Shown here one piece after another: positions 1-10,703 of a stretch of 64,000 bases of DNA (the first letter of the stretch is position 1; each line of letters opens with the position of its first letter). This stretch comes from an uncultured Gammaproteobacteria bacterium (GTDB taxonomy: Bacteria; Patescibacteriota; Microgenomatia; UBA1406; HO2-37-13b): contig CAZTFB010000001.1 in the NCBI GenBank assembly GCA_964612595.1, positions 131,058 to 195,057 of the forward strand, given 5' to 3'. Position numbers and translations under genes: made by a program. The notes under the pieces were generated by a model, which ran no database searches, was not told the DNA's origin, and was given only the letters and a program-made list of their open reading frames with translations.

Positions 1-1992
1 TGTTGACTTCCCTGACCCAGACACGCCAGTAACCCCAATCATCTTCCCTAAGGGGAATGACGCATCGACCTTTTTAAGATTATATTGTGATGCGCCTTTT
101 AAAACTAAGTTTCCATATGTTGCAGATACAGTTTTCTTTCTTTCGAGCTCTTTTTTTCTAAACAAATATTCTGAAGTTAAAGTTTCCGCCGTCTTAAATT
201 CCTCAAGTGTTCCTTTAAAAATAACGTTGCCCCCAAATTTGCCTGCTTTTGGCCCAAAATCAACAATGTAATCAGCATTAAGAATGGTTTCTGTGTCATG
301 TTCAACAACAATTATTGTGTTTCCTAAATCGCGCAGCCGTTTAAGTGAAGCTACTAAAGCTGTCACATCACGAGGGTGTAGTCCTATTGAAGGTTCATCT
401 AATACATAAATAACACCTGATAATCCGCTTCCAATTTGTGATGCAAGTCGAATTCTTTGTGATTCACCACCTGATAGAGTTCTAGATCCCCTATTAAGTG
501 TGAGATATGAGAGCCCCACATTAATAAGAAATTGGAGGCGCTCTTTAATTTCTTGATATATAACACGCGATATCTCTTTTTCATAGTCTGAAACAGCGCC
601 GACTGCTTCAGCAAGAAAGCTTAAAGCTGTTGTAATAGGCATATCACAAAGATCAAAGATATTTTTATCAAGAATCTTTATGTGTAAAACTTCTTTTCGG
701 AGTCGTTTCCCCTCGCATACTTCACACTCCTCTTCATTCATAAACTTCTCAATCTCACGTCTCATAAATTCTGAATCACTTTCACTATGTTTGAGCTCGA
801 GATCTGGAATGAGACCTTGGTACTTTTCGTATATGGTAGTTGGCCTGCCTTGACGATTAACACCATGTACTGCAAAAGTTTTTTCACTACCATTGAGAAT
901 TAACTGTTTACTCTCTTCTGAAAGTTTCCCTATCGGTTTAGTTGTGTCGATTTTGTGTTCTTCGAAAAATGTGTTTAGTAGCCGTGAAAACCATGTATCT
1001 TTATCTAAAATATTTTTATAAGGTAATATGCCGCCTTCGCCGATCGTTAAATTATCATTAAAGACAATGCGAGGATTTATTTTTATTACTGTACCAAGTC
1101 CTTTGCAGTTTTCACATGCTCCTTGTGGGGAGTTAAAGGAAAACATTCGAGGTTCAATTTCAGGAAGCGCGATATTACAATTTGGACATGAGAAATTCTC
1201 AGAGAAAAGATGCGCTTCGTCATTCATGCGAAGATAAACAAGTCCATTGGAAAGGTTTGCAGCTTGCTCAACAGAGTTGAAAAGTCGAGAGCGCATTGAA
1301 GATTTAAAAATATCGTCCTTCACTTGTTTGTATGAAACTGCGAAACTGTCGATGATAGGATCAACAGAGTGTTTATTTGTTTTAATCAGACCCAGATCGT
1401 CATCGAGCGACACTTCTCTATTGTCGATAATTGCTTTCTCATAGCCTTTTGATCTGAGATTATCAAAGAGCCCAGCAAATTCTCCTTTTCGTTCACGGAC
1501 GACGGGTGATGTAATATGAGCTTTAAATGGTCTTGTTTTATTGGCTACAGCATACAAAACAACTTGCTCAAGAATTTTGGTTACCATCTCATCAGTCGTT
1601 AGCTTTGTAATCTCTGTTCCACAGTTTGGGCAGTAAGGATGACCAATACGTGCGTATAGTAGCCGAAGATAGTCATAAATTTCTGTTGTCGTTCCAACGG
1701 TTGACCGACGATTATGACTTACCGATTTTTGATCGATCGATATCGCTGGTGAGAGTCCTTCAATATAGTCCGCGTCAGGTTTGCCGAGAATACCTAAGAA
1801 CTGACGCGCATATGAAGAAAGCGACTCTACATATCTTCGTTGGCCCTCAGCATAGATGGTATCGAATGCCATTGAGGATTTTCCTGATCCAGATACACCA
1901 GTAAAGACAACAAGGCTGTTTTTTGGCAGATCAAGAGACACATTATTTAAGTTGTGTTCTCTAGCTCCTTGTATGCGTATTTTGTCGTTCAC
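1..1992 (-). CDS. uvrA: Excinuclease ABC subunit A, first ~664 codons; 3' end lies beyond the left window edge
   Basis: Missing from the ORF track only because the frame never terminates inside the window. Minus-strand translation from GTG(1992): VNDKIRIQGAREHNLNNVSLDLPKNSLVVFTGVSGSGKSSMAFDT (Walker A 1). Around 420-300: SGVIYVLDEPSIGLHPRD..GNTIIVVEHD (ABC signature/Walker B). At the edge: GVTGVSGSGKST (Walker A 2). Frame checked (1992-420 is a multiple of 3). The GTG overlaps the uvrB stop as GTGA (1989-1992). Confidence 0.93.
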   Translation of the reverse strand, partial: MNDKIRIQGAREHNLNNVSLDLPKNSLVVFTGVSGSGKSSMAFDTIYAEGQRRYVESLSSYARQFLGILGKPDADYIEGLSPAISIDQKSVSHNRRSTVGTTTEIYDYLRLLYARIGHPYCPNCGTEITKLTTDEMVTKILEQVVLYAVANKTRPFKAHITSPVVRERKGEFAGLFDNLRSKGYEKAIIDNREVSLDDDLGLIKTNKHSVDPIIDSFAVSYKQVKDDIFKSSMRSRLFNSVEQAANLSNGLVYLRMNDEAHLFSENFSCPNCNIALPEIEPRMFSFNSPQGACENCKGLGTVIKINPRIVFNDNLTIGEGGILPYKNILDKDTWFSRLLNTFFEEHKIDTTKPIGKLSEESKQLILNGSEKTFAVHGVNRQGRPTTIYEKYQGLIPDLELKHSESDSEFMRREIEKFMNEEECEVCEGKRLRKEVLHIKILDKNIFDLCDMPITTALSFLAEAVGAVSDYEKEISRVIYQEIKERLQFLINVGLSYLTLNRGSRTLSGGESQRIRLASQIGSGLSGVIYVLDEPSIGLHPRDVTALVASLKRLRDLGNTIIVVEHDTETILNADYIVDFGPKAGKFGGNVIFKGTLEEFKTAETLTSEYLFRKKELERKKTVSATYGNLVLKGASQYNLKKVDASFPLGKMIGVTGVSGSGKST

Positions 1993-3989
1993 GATGAAAT
2001 ATCCCGAATTTTGTCTCTAATTAATATGGCGGTCTCAAAATCTAAATTGTCTACATAGCGCTTCATTTCTTTCTCTAGCTGCGATTTCACTTTTTTCTTA
2101 TCTAACGGAGTTAAAGCTTGCTCAGAAATTGTATCCAATTTATTTGCAAGGTCATAGTCTGCACTATGATCGATAACATATTCATTCTTTACAATTTCTT
2201 CTTTAATCGCCTTCTCTATGGAATACGGAGTAATATTGTACTCCTTATTATACGCGAGCTGGTGCCTTCTACGGCGCTCTACCTCGTCCATTGCAGCTTT
2301 CATTGAACGAGTTATCTTGTCCGCATATATTATCACTTCGCCCTCGAGATGTCGAGCCGCACGCCCCATAGTTTGTATGAGCGATGTGCGGCTTCGTAAA
2401 AAGCCTTCTTTATCTCCGTCAAGAATAACAACGAGGGAAACTTCAGGTAAATCTAAGCCCTCGCGCAAGAGGTTGACGCCAACAAGTACGTCATATTCCT
2501 TTTTTCGTAATTTGTGTAAAATGTCAGTTCGCTCCAACGTTTTTATGTCGGAATGTAAATAAACAGCATTAATGCCTTGTTCCTTCATATAGGTCGACAA
2601 ATCTTCTGCTGTACGTTTTGTGAGGGTTGTAACGAGAACACGTTGTTTCTTCTCAACACGCTTCTTTACTTCTATAACACAATCTTTAATATCGCCCTCT
2701 GTTGGGCGAACATCAATATGGGGATCAACTATACCAGTAGGACGCACCAGCTGTTCAACTATATGATGCTCAGCATCTTCAATTTCCCAATCATTAGGTG
2801 TCGCAGAAATATAAAGAACTCTCTTTGCAGTAGCATAAAACTCATCGAATTTAAGTGGACGATTATCGAGTGCTGCCTGTAGCCTAAAGCCATAATCTAT
2901 GAGTGTTTTCTTTCTTGAATGATCACCGTTATACATACCACGAATTTGTGGTATGGTCATATGCGACTCATCGATCATAACTATCCAATCATCTCCGTAC
3001 TGCGCTTGGAAAAAATCTAAAAGACTATGCGGCTTTGCACCTGGTTTTCTTCCATCAAAGTAGCGTGAATAGTTCTCAATGCCATTAATGTAGCCAACTT
3101 CCTTTAGCATTTCAAGGTCATACGTAACCTTCTGTGCCAGGCGCTGTGCTTCTACCATTTTATTTTGATTCTTGAGAGCCGCAACTTCTTTATCTAAATC
3201 TGAACGAATCTGATCTTCGGCGCTTAAATATACTTCTGGTTCAATGAGATAATGCTTTGCTGGGTAAATGACAACCGATGAAAGGGGTTCTGTGTTTATT
3301 ACTTTACCTGTTAATGGATCACGACTAGTTATTTCTTTAATTGTATTATTTTCGATGGTAATGCGAAAACCAGCATCTTCATATGCAAGATACACATCAA
3401 TATGCTCACCCCGAAGACGAAATATTCCACGTTTGTAATCAAATTCTGAGCGATCATATTGTAGCTCAATGAGTCGTCGGGCAATCATATCATGTGTAAT
3501 TGTCTGCCCGACGGCAAGAGGAAGAATAAACTTGCCATACTCTGTTGGAGAGCCGATATTGTATATACATGATACTGAAGCGACGACAACAACATCTTTA
3601 CGTGTCATGATATTGCTCGTCGCAGCAAGGCGCAGCTTATCTATTGTGTCATTTATCTGCGCCTCTTTTTCAATATAGGTGTCTGTTTGCGGAATATATG
3701 CTTCGGGTTGATAATAGTCGTAATACGATACAAAATATGAAACGGCATTTTCAGGAAAGAAATCGCGCATTTCTTGATATAACTGTCCAGCCAGCGTTTT
3801 GTTATGTGATATTACCAGTGCTGGCATCTGTAGCTTCTGGATAACTTCGGCCATAGTAAATGTTTTTCCCGAGCCAGTCACGCCCAACAATACCTGACGA
3901 TCGAGACCGCGTTTATAACCATTGACAAGAGCCGTAACTGCTTTCTCCTGAATGGGAGTTATCTTAAATGGAGCTTTTAGCGTGAACAT
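1989..3989 (-). CDS. uvrB: Excinuclease ABC subunit B
   Basis: 666-aa ORF. GVTGSGKTFTMA Walker A, IDESHMT motif II, YYDYYQPEAYIP beta-hairpin region, GRAARH motif VI, C-terminal UVR domain (LDFETAILIRDKIRDI). Confidence 0.97.
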   Translation of the reverse strand: MFTLKAPFKITPIQEKAVTALVNGYKRGLDRQVLLGVTGSGKTFTMAEVIQKLQMPALVISHNKTLAGQLYQEMRDFFPENAVSYFVSYYDYYQPEAYIPQTDTYIEKEAQINDTIDKLRLAATSNIMTRKDVVVVASVSCIYNIGSPTEYGKFILPLAVGQTITHDMIARRLIELQYDRSEFDYKRGIFRLRGEHIDVYLAYEDAGFRITIENNTIKEITSRDPLTGKVINTEPLSSVVIYPAKHYLIEPEVYLSAEDQIRSDLDKEVAALKNQNKMVEAQRLAQKVTYDLEMLKEVGYINGIENYSRYFDGRKPGAKPHSLLDFFQAQYGDDWIVMIDESHMTIPQIRGMYNGDHSRKKTLIDYGFRLQAALDNRPLKFDEFYATAKRVLYISATPNDWEIEDAEHHIVEQLVRPTGIVDPHIDVRPTEGDIKDCVIEVKKRVEKKQRVLVTTLTKRTAEDLSTYMKEQGINAVYLHSDIKTLERTDILHKLRKKEYDVLVGVNLLREGLDLPEVSLVVILDGDKEGFLRSRTSLIQTMGRAARHLEGEVIIYADKITRSMKAAMDEVERRRRHQLAYNKEYNITPYSIEKAIKEEIVKNEYVIDHSADYDLANKLDTISEQALTPLDKKKVKSQLEKEMKRYVDNLDFETAILIRDKIRDISS

Positions 3990-4087
3990 GTGGATATATT
4001 GTACACTTAATTATATGGTGAATAAAGGTTCACTTATAGGTATAGAGCAAGGTCAGAGAGGAATCTAAACCATGATCTTCAGCAAAA

Positions 4088-4291
4088 TTAGATTGGACTA
4101 AGTTTCGACTTCAGATTGGCCAACTGGTCCTCATCCATTACCACTGGGCTCGTGGAGAGGAGTTTGGAAGATGATCTTCCGATCAGTGTAGGTTCACCAG
4201 CTGAACCTCGAACAGGAAGAGTCGCATATGTGTAATACTCCCCTTCCTTTCCATCATTTGCCCAATACTGGTAGACGTAATAGGTTGGCAC
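4088..4291 (-). CDS. Small hypothetical protein (67 aa)
   Basis: Frame starts at GTG(4291) with AGGAG 6 nt upstream. No recognisable domain. Somewhat GC-richer than its neighbours. Could be spurious. Confidence 0.35.
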   Translation of the reverse strand: MPTYYVYQYWANDGKEGEYYTYATLPVRGSAGEPTLIGRSSSKLLSTSPVVMDEDQLANLKSKLSPI

Positions 4292-4440
4292 TGTCTGCTC
4301 CTACCCTCTCTGACGGACTAATTATACTATAAGACACTAGGTTTTGCTTATATATCTAGGTGCTATCGTGCTTCGATACGCGAAAGCACCTTAGAAGAAG
4401 TGAAATGATGAAAACTATATAAATAGCTTATAATAGCAAC

Positions 4441-5133
4441 ATGCTCTATATAGTCGGAACATCTATCGGAAATATTGAAGACACTTCATATCGTGCAGTA
4501 ACCACACTAACACAAGCAGATATCATTCTTGCTGAGGATACACGAACATTCAGAACATACTATGACCGTCTTCAAGATCTTTTTGAAATACATCCAAACA
4601 AAGAACAGACCGTAAAAAGTTTCTATAAAGACAATGAGTTTGCAATGATGAGCGAGGTACTTGAAATGCTATATCAAGGGAAGCATGTCGTTTTAGTTTC
4701 TGAATCAGGTATGCCTGCTATCTCAGATCCAGGAGCACTACTCATAAAACACGTGCGCATGAACAATCTGCCCTGTACCGTTATTCCGGGGCCAACAGCA
4801 TTTACAACCGCAGCAGTAATTTCGGGTATTCCTCATTCTCAAATAGTCTTTCTGGGCTTCTTACCAAAGAAAGAATCGGAAGTAATTAAGCTTCTAAAAA
4901 ATATTCGCGCTTCACATTATGACAAAAGTATTTTATACACGTGCTACGAGTCACCGCATAGGTATTCTGCGACTGTTGAGCTTATAAAAAAACAACTTAA
5001 CCCTGATAATTTTCTATTGTGCAGAGAGCTGACAAAGAAATTTGAGGAAGTCGTAGATATACTTGCCACTGATAAAGTCCCTACTTCTCTTAAAGGAGAG
5101 ATTGTTCTTGTATTTAGTATTCCTCAAGCGTAG
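4441..5133 (+). CDS. rsmI: 16S rRNA 2'-O-ribose C1402 methyltransferase (tetrapyrrole-methylase fold)
   Basis: 230 aa. LYIVGTSIGNIEDTSYRA..ILAEDTR and SESGMPAISDPG motifs typical of RsmI. Confidence 0.85.
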   Translation: MLYIVGTSIGNIEDTSYRAVTTLTQADIILAEDTRTFRTYYDRLQDLFEIHPNKEQTVKSFYKDNEFAMMSEVLEMLYQGKHVVLVSESGMPAISDPGALLIKHVRMNNLPCTVIPGPTAFTTAAVISGIPHSQIVFLGFLPKKESEVIKLLKNIRASHYDKSILYTCYESPHRYSATVELIKKQLNPDNFLLCRELTKKFEEVVDILATDKVPTSLKGEIVLVFSIPQA

Positions 5134-6838
5134 AGGTGTCGCCAATAGGGAGGCCCATTTCTTGTGCCTTCAGAATACGACGCATAATCTTTCCGGAGCG
5201 CGTCTTTGGTAGTTTCTCTACAAATTCAATCTCACGAGGGTAGGCATGTCCTGCGAGATTTTTCTTCACAAACTGTGATATTTCTTCTTTCTTTTGATCA
5301 TTTCCATTCACACCCTTCTTTAATACAACAAATGCCTTAATAATTTGTCCTCGAAGCTCATCGGGTTTGCCTATAACACCAGCCTCAATTACGTCATGAT
5401 GTGCAACAAGTGCCGACTCAACTTCAAACGGTCCTACACGCTCTCCTGATGTCTTAATAACATCATCGTCGCGTCCAACAAACCACACATATCCCTCTTC
5501 ATCTAAGTAAGCAAGGTCGCCTGTAACATACAGCTTCTTTTTACTCGGTTTCATTTTCATAAAATATGAATCGAATTTTTGAGGTCTGCGCCAAAGTTTC
5601 TTCATTAGCGATGGCCATGTTGGTTCAAAAGTCAGACGCCCAATAGAGTTAGCTGGGAGCTGGTTTCCTTCAGGATCAACAATGTGTATTCTAATTCCCG
5701 GAAAAGGCTTACCCATACTTCCTGGCTTTATGGAAAGCGAAGGATAATTTGCAATCATAATACCTCCTGTTTCTGTTTGAAAGTAGTTGTCATGGAATGG
5801 AAGGCCATATGCTCGTAGACTCCACGATATTATCTCGGGATTGAGTGGTTCGCCGACGCTTGCGAGATGGCGCAAGCTAGAAAGGTCATATTTTTTATGC
5901 AAATCATCAGATTGAGCTGCCAACATACGAACTGCCGTAGGGGCTGAATACCATACATTCACCTTATATTCCTGAATAATTCTGTACCAATCTGCAGGAT
6001 CAAATCGTGCTGCTGTTACGACAGTAGAGGCACCATTTGCCCACGTGCCTAAAATTTCATAAGCTATGCCCGTCACCCATCCCGGATCTGCTGTGCACCA
6101 ATACACATCCTCTTCCTTGAGGTCAAGAACCCACTTTGCAGTTAGATATTGGTGCACAATTGCTTTATGCGCGTGTACTACACCTTTTGGCTTTCCTGTC
6201 GTACCTGAGGTATAGAGCATAAACGCATCATCATCTTCATTGGTTTTTGCGCACTCAAACTCTTTGCTTTTAGACTGATAATTAGCCCCAAAGTCACCGT
6301 CTGTAATAAGTATATGCTTAAGATGTGGCAGTTTTCTTCGTACTGAATCGAGCCGATGAGATAATTCATTGGTAGTAATTAGCACGTGTGCATCAGATTG
6401 ATCTAAACGGTCAAAGAGTGCCTGCGGACCAAAGGCTGAAAACATTGTGCCTGCTACAGCGCCAAGTTTTAAAGTGGCGATAAAAGCAAAATACAACTCT
6501 GGAATGCGTGGCAAAAAAATGAAAACTCGATCCCCTTTTTCTACCCCAAGATCCTTTAAATAATGAGCGATTTGATTTGAGCGCTCCTCTACTTCTTGAA
6601 ATGTAAATTTTTCTTTATGGCCACCCTCACTTTCATAATACAGCGCTACTTTATTCCTTCTCGCTGAATAGGCGTTCTTAGTCACGGCATTATATGCCGC
6701 ATTAATTTTTCCATGATCAAACCACACAAGATCCTGTACATAAGGATCATATTTAAAATTCTTACGCGTATGTTCAATATCTGGAAGATTTGATTTTGTG
6801 ATTGTTTCTTGAGACTTATGAATAAGTTTTTGCGACAT
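5114..6838 (-). CDS. acsA: Acetyl-CoA synthetase (AMP-forming), Bacillus AcsA type
   Basis: YTSGTTGKPKGV AMP-binding motif, GDLAYLDEEGYVWFVGRDDDVIKTSGERVGPFEVES, KTRSGKIMRR. Collinear with AcsA as I recall it. Start placed at ATG 6838 (MSQKL..) rather than the TTG at 6886, which would overlap the divergent kinase gene. Confidence 0.9.
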   Translation of the reverse strand: MSQKLIHKSQETITKSNLPDIEHTRKNFKYDPYVQDLVWFDHGKINAAYNAVTKNAYSARRNKVALYYESEGGHKEKFTFQEVEERSNQIAHYLKDLGVEKGDRVFIFLPRIPELYFAFIATLKLGAVAGTMFSAFGPQALFDRLDQSDAHVLITTNELSHRLDSVRRKLPHLKHILITDGDFGANYQSKSKEFECAKTNEDDDAFMLYTSGTTGKPKGVVHAHKAIVHQYLTAKWVLDLKEEDVYWCTADPGWVTGIAYEILGTWANGASTVVTAARFDPADWYRIIQEYKVNVWYSAPTAVRMLAAQSDDLHKKYDLSSLRHLASVGEPLNPEIISWSLRAYGLPFHDNYFQTETGGIMIANYPSLSIKPGSMGKPFPGIRIHIVDPEGNQLPANSIGRLTFEPTWPSLMKKLWRRPQKFDSYFMKMKPSKKKLYVTGDLAYLDEEGYVWFVGRDDDVIKTSGERVGPFEVESALVAHHDVIEAGVIGKPDELRGQIIKAFVVLKKGVNGNDQKKEEISQFVKKNLAGHAYPREIEFVEKLPKTRSGKIMRRILKAQEMGLPIGDTSTLEEY

Positions 6839-6877
6839 ACTTTCAGTATACATAAAAAATTTTGTATACTGATGAAT

Positions 6878-7783
6878 ATGTATCAACTAATCAGCATTGG
6901 CGACATAACAATCGATCAGTATTTCCAAGGAAAATCATTTACCCAGGAAAACGGTCGCTTCAGCCTCGCCATTGGGGGTAAATACTATTCAGATTATTTT
7001 CATCTCAGCCTTGGCGGAAGTGGTGCCAACATTGCTATCCATGGTGCACACCTTGGACTGGATACGGCGGTTGTTGCGAAAGTTGGTGAAGCTACTTTTA
7101 AAAACGTTATCGTGCAAAATCTCATTAAAAAAACAGTTTCCACTGAATTCCTTTATTTTGATAGAGATCACATCAGCATATCTACCATTCTCCTATCATC
7201 AACAGGTGAGCGTACTATTATAAAACATAGCGACCCTAAAACTTCCATAGAAATTAATGAGACGGCGATTGAACATGTAAAGCAGTGTCCACTCATCTTT
7301 GTAGGAAATATGCCAGACATCTCAGTAGCTGCACGCCATACATTGATTAAGAAAATTAAAACGACGGAAAATTGTGTTGCTATTAACTTTGGTTCAAAAG
7401 ATGCGCAAAAAGGTCTATCATCTCTCTCAACGCTTATTAATGATGTAGATATGTTGTTTTTAAACCGCTTCGAATTGGGTGACCTATTAGGTAAAGACGG
7501 CGAGAAGCTTGACCTTAAAAAAAACCAACTTAAGGAGCTAAATATTGAAAAGACAATGGTCATAGTGACAGATAGTAATAACGGCAGCTATGTCTATACA
7601 CAGGATGCTGTACACCATCAAGAAGCTGTTCCTGTTAATAAAATTGTTGATGCCACGGGTGCAGGCGATGCTTATACAACTGCATATCTTTATAAATACT
7701 CACAGCTTAAGAATATCCAAGAATCAATGGCTTTTGCATCCGAATATGCCTCTCAGATTCTGACAAAGGTAGGTGCAAACTAA
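6878..7783 (+). CDS. PfkB/ribokinase-family carbohydrate kinase
   Basis: Start moved to ATG 6878 (MYQLISIGDITIDQYF). LGGSGANIA and C-terminal DATGAGDAY anion-hole motif. Substrate not inferable. Confidence 0.8.
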   Translation: MYQLISIGDITIDQYFQGKSFTQENGRFSLAIGGKYYSDYFHLSLGGSGANIAIHGAHLGLDTAVVAKVGEATFKNVIVQNLIKKTVSTEFLYFDRDHISISTILLSSTGERTIIKHSDPKTSIEINETAIEHVKQCPLIFVGNMPDISVAARHTLIKKIKTTENCVAINFGSKDAQKGLSSLSTLINDVDMLFLNRFELGDLLGKDGEKLDLKKNQLKELNIEKTMVIVTDSNNGSYVYTQDAVHHQEAVPVNKIVDATGAGDAYTTAYLYKYSQLKNIQESMAFASEYASQILTKVGAN

Positions 7784-9426
7784 ATTTCATTCTTTGTAAA
7801 TTCCTCCAAAAGATTTCTTCCAGTCATATCCTGAGGTTGTGGGATACCTAAAAGAGCAAGTACTGTCGGTGCAACATCAGCAAGAATCCCAATAGGTAAT
7901 GTTAAATTTTTTCCGTGCAACTCATTTGCAACAGCGATAAACGGTACGTTATTTCCTGAGTGTTCAGTAGCAATACCACCAGTTCTTGCATCAAGCATTT
8001 CCTCCACATTGCCATGATCAGCTGTTATTATTACTGCATAATCATGTTTTAGTGCTTCGTCAACGAGCTTTCCAACACACACATCAATAACTTGCACTGC
8101 TCGAATAGCAGCCGGCAAGTTTCCTGTATGCCCAACCATATCAGGATTAGCATAATTTACCAGCATAAATTTATACGTCTCAGTTTGTAGTTTTTCAATA
8201 AGAACTTGTGTCAATTCAAAGGCCGACATCTCTGGCTTCAAATCATAGGTTGCTACTTTAGGTGATGGAACTATAAGCGTATCTTGCAAAGCAAACGGCT
8301 GGTTTCGAAGACCATTAAAATATATAGTTACAAAGCGCTCCTTCTCGCTTTCAGCAAGTCTAATTTGTTGAAAACCAGCATCTGAAATAACTCTTCCTAG
8401 AGGCATTTCGACAATGCGCGGCGGATATGCTACGTGAGCAGGTAAATTATCCTCATATTCCGTCATGGTAACGAAGTACACATTTTTTAATATCTTAGAT
8501 CTCTTAAAAGGCGGAGCAACGGGTGGTTCTTCTGTATCGTCGAGTTGATGTTTAGGGTGATATTTGATTGCGTATGGATCGAATCCGCGCTTATTTGCCT
8601 CAGTTTCGAAGTTATCTAATACAAATGCTTTTGTCAATTCACGTGGACGATCAATACGAAAATTGTAGAAAATAACCGCGTCATTATCATTAATAAGTAA
8701 TGGAGCATTATCAGCACAAATATTTGTAGGTAAGATAAACTCATCAGTCAAACCTTTTTCATACGACGATTCTACAGCACTTTTCCAGTCTTTTGCTTTA
8801 TCACCTATGCCTTCAGTTATACATGTATATGCTTTTTCTATACGCTCCCATCGTCTATCTCTGTCCATTGCATAATATCTGCCCATTACTGTTGCGATGG
8901 TACCAATACCCATTTGTTTAATCTTTGTGTCTAGATCCTGTAGGTATATTTCGGCTGATTTTGGCGGCGAATCTCTTCCATCAGTAATGACATGAAGGTA
9001 CACGTCCATAAATTTTTGTTCTTGACATAAAAAGAGTAATGCAAATAAATGTGCGGTACTCGAATGAACTGTGCCACCACCGAGTAAACCCATGATATGT
9101 AAGCGCGATTTGTTGGTTTTTGCATGATTAATAGCATTCAAGAGCTCCTCATTCTTAAAAAAAGAACCATCTGCGATGCTTAGATTAATTCTTGGTAGAC
9201 TTTGATAGACAATTTTTCCAGCACCTATGTTGAGATGACCAACCTCTGTACTACCTACCTCCTCAGTAGGTAGACCAACAGCTTCACCTGAAGCCTTAAG
9301 TTGTGTGTGTGGGTATGATTGATAATAGCTCCTGAGATTTTGCGGTTCGGCCAAAAAATATGCGTTGCCGGGGCCTGGAAGTGCTATACCCATTCCATCA
9401 AAAATTGCAAGTATGACACCTTTCAT
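7780..9426 (-). CDS. gpmI: 2,3-bisphosphoglycerate-independent phosphoglycerate mutase
   Basis: 548 aa. GSTEVGHLNIGAG and ITADHGNVEEM metal-site motifs. ATGA overlap with the eno stop. Confidence 0.93.
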   Translation of the reverse strand: MKGVILAIFDGMGIALPGPGNAYFLAEPQNLRSYYQSYPHTQLKASGEAVGLPTEEVGSTEVGHLNIGAGKIVYQSLPRINLSIADGSFFKNEELLNAINHAKTNKSRLHIMGLLGGGTVHSSTAHLFALLFLCQEQKFMDVYLHVITDGRDSPPKSAEIYLQDLDTKIKQMGIGTIATVMGRYYAMDRDRRWERIEKAYTCITEGIGDKAKDWKSAVESSYEKGLTDEFILPTNICADNAPLLINDNDAVIFYNFRIDRPRELTKAFVLDNFETEANKRGFDPYAIKYHPKHQLDDTEEPPVAPPFKRSKILKNVYFVTMTEYEDNLPAHVAYPPRIVEMPLGRVISDAGFQQIRLAESEKERFVTIYFNGLRNQPFALQDTLIVPSPKVATYDLKPEMSAFELTQVLIEKLQTETYKFMLVNYANPDMVGHTGNLPAAIRAVQVIDVCVGKLVDEALKHDYAVIITADHGNVEEMLDARTGGIATEHSGNNVPFIAVANELHGKNLTLPIGILADVAPTVLALLGIPQPQDMTGRNLLEEFTKNEI

Positions 9427-10703
9427 GTTGTTGAAGTAGTGGGTAAAAGCGATTCAATTTCTAACAACCTATTGTATTTAGCTATACGCTCACCGCGTGC
9501 AGGTGAACCAAATTTAATAAAGTCAGCCTGAATGCCAACGGCAATATCCGCTATTGTTGCATCAGTGGTTTCTCCAAGGCGGTGTGAAACTATTATTTTC
9601 ATATTATTAGTCCTCAATTCATGGACAAACTTAAGCATTTCAGAAATTGTTGCTGCCTGGTTAAACTTTACCAGTACAGCATTGCATGCTTGCTCTTCTA
9701 TGGCTACATCTAGGCGTTCTATATTTCCTGCAATAAAATCATCTCCAACTACATATGCTTGTTTTCCCACTTCCTGCGTAATGGTTTTCCAACCTTTCAT
9801 ATCATCCTCATCAAGAGGATCTTCAAGTATGAGCATGTTGTACTTTCCAACTAATTCAACAAGAAAATCAATATACTCAGTGGTATTTAATGATGCTCCC
9901 TGATCTTTAACAACATATTGTTTATTGTTGTAATAGTATGCAGGAGCACAATCAACACCCGTAAATACGTCAACACCGATTTTAATTTTCTTTGATATTA
10001 ATACCTCTTTAATAATTTCAAATGCCTCAGTATTCGTAAACAAGTTTGGCGTAAAACCACCTTCTTCTGAGACACTTACATCTGCATTTCTACTTTGAAA
10101 CAAGTCTTTAAGTCCGTTGTAACAAGATACTGCAAATTCTAGCGTATGTGAAAATGGTGTTGAGCTTGAAGGCACGATGTGAAACTCCTGAAATTCAAGA
10201 TTTTTTGTTCCATGTTTACCGCCATTGATCATGTTATAAATGGGTGTTGGAATGCGCGTTAACGGAATAGATTGCTTAAATGTTTCGTTGTAATATTGAT
10301 TAACGTGTTCATATACACTTAAATTCTTCTCAAGTGCATTTGCTTTAAACACAAGCTGTGAAACCAACATAAGCGTGTTGACGCCAAGTTTACTTGAATT
10401 TTGCGTACCATCAGCTTTGACAAGCCACCTATCAATTTCAGGAAAATCATTAGTATTGACCCCTGATAATTTTGGCGCGATTGCTTCATTGATAATACCT
10501 ATTGCTTGGAGTACTCCCATACCTACATATCTACCAGGATCTTTATCACGCATCTCTACCCCCTCATGTTTACCTAAAGATTCACCCGATGGTATTTGGG
10601 CATAGACTACCAAACCATCTTTCGTGGTTAACTTGCCTTCTAGAGTTGGAATGCCGCGAGAATCTAGGATTTCTCGAGCTTTTATTTCTGCAATGAGTGC
10701 CAT
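9423..10703 (-). CDS. eno: Enolase
   Basis: 426 aa. SHRLGETTDATIADIAV and the overall canonical enolase sequence. Stop codon is TGA. Confidence 0.95.
   Translation of the reverse strand: MALIAEIKAREILDSRGIPTLEGKLTTKDGLVVYAQIPSGESLGKHEGVEMRDKDPGRYVGMGVLQAIGIINEAIAPKLSGVNTNDFPEIDRWLVKADGTQNSSKLGVNTLMLVSQLVFKANALEKNLSVYEHVNQYYNETFKQSIPLTRIPTPIYNMINGGKHGTKNLEFQEFHIVPSSSTPFSHTLEFAVSCYNGLKDLFQSRNADVSVSEEGGFTPNLFTNTEAFEIIKEVLISKKIKIGVDVFTGVDCAPAYYYNNKQYVVKDQGASLNTTEYIDFLVELVGKYNMLILEDPLDEDDMKGWKTITQEVGKQAYVVGDDFIAGNIERLDVAIEEQACNAVLVKFNQAATISEMLKFVHELRTNNMKIIVSHRLGETTDATIADIAVGIQADFIKFGSPARGERIAKYNRLLEIESLLPTTSTT

Noticed and set aside
1-1990. Apparent 2-kb gene desert in the ORF track (only short ORFs listed)
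   Set aside because: This is an artefact of the track, which requires a closed ORF. The minus strand carries an uninterrupted uvrA frame from GTG 1992 to the window edge, with both Walker A motifs.
2118-3844. Many 60-130 aa ORFs antisense or out of frame inside long genes (for example 2218-2562, 7168-7563, 9532-9903, 28345-28683, 49594-49938, 55631-55936)
   Set aside because: These are shadow ORFs fully contained in strongly supported genes. They show low-complexity or odd composition, lack RBS sequences, and several use non-ATG starts.
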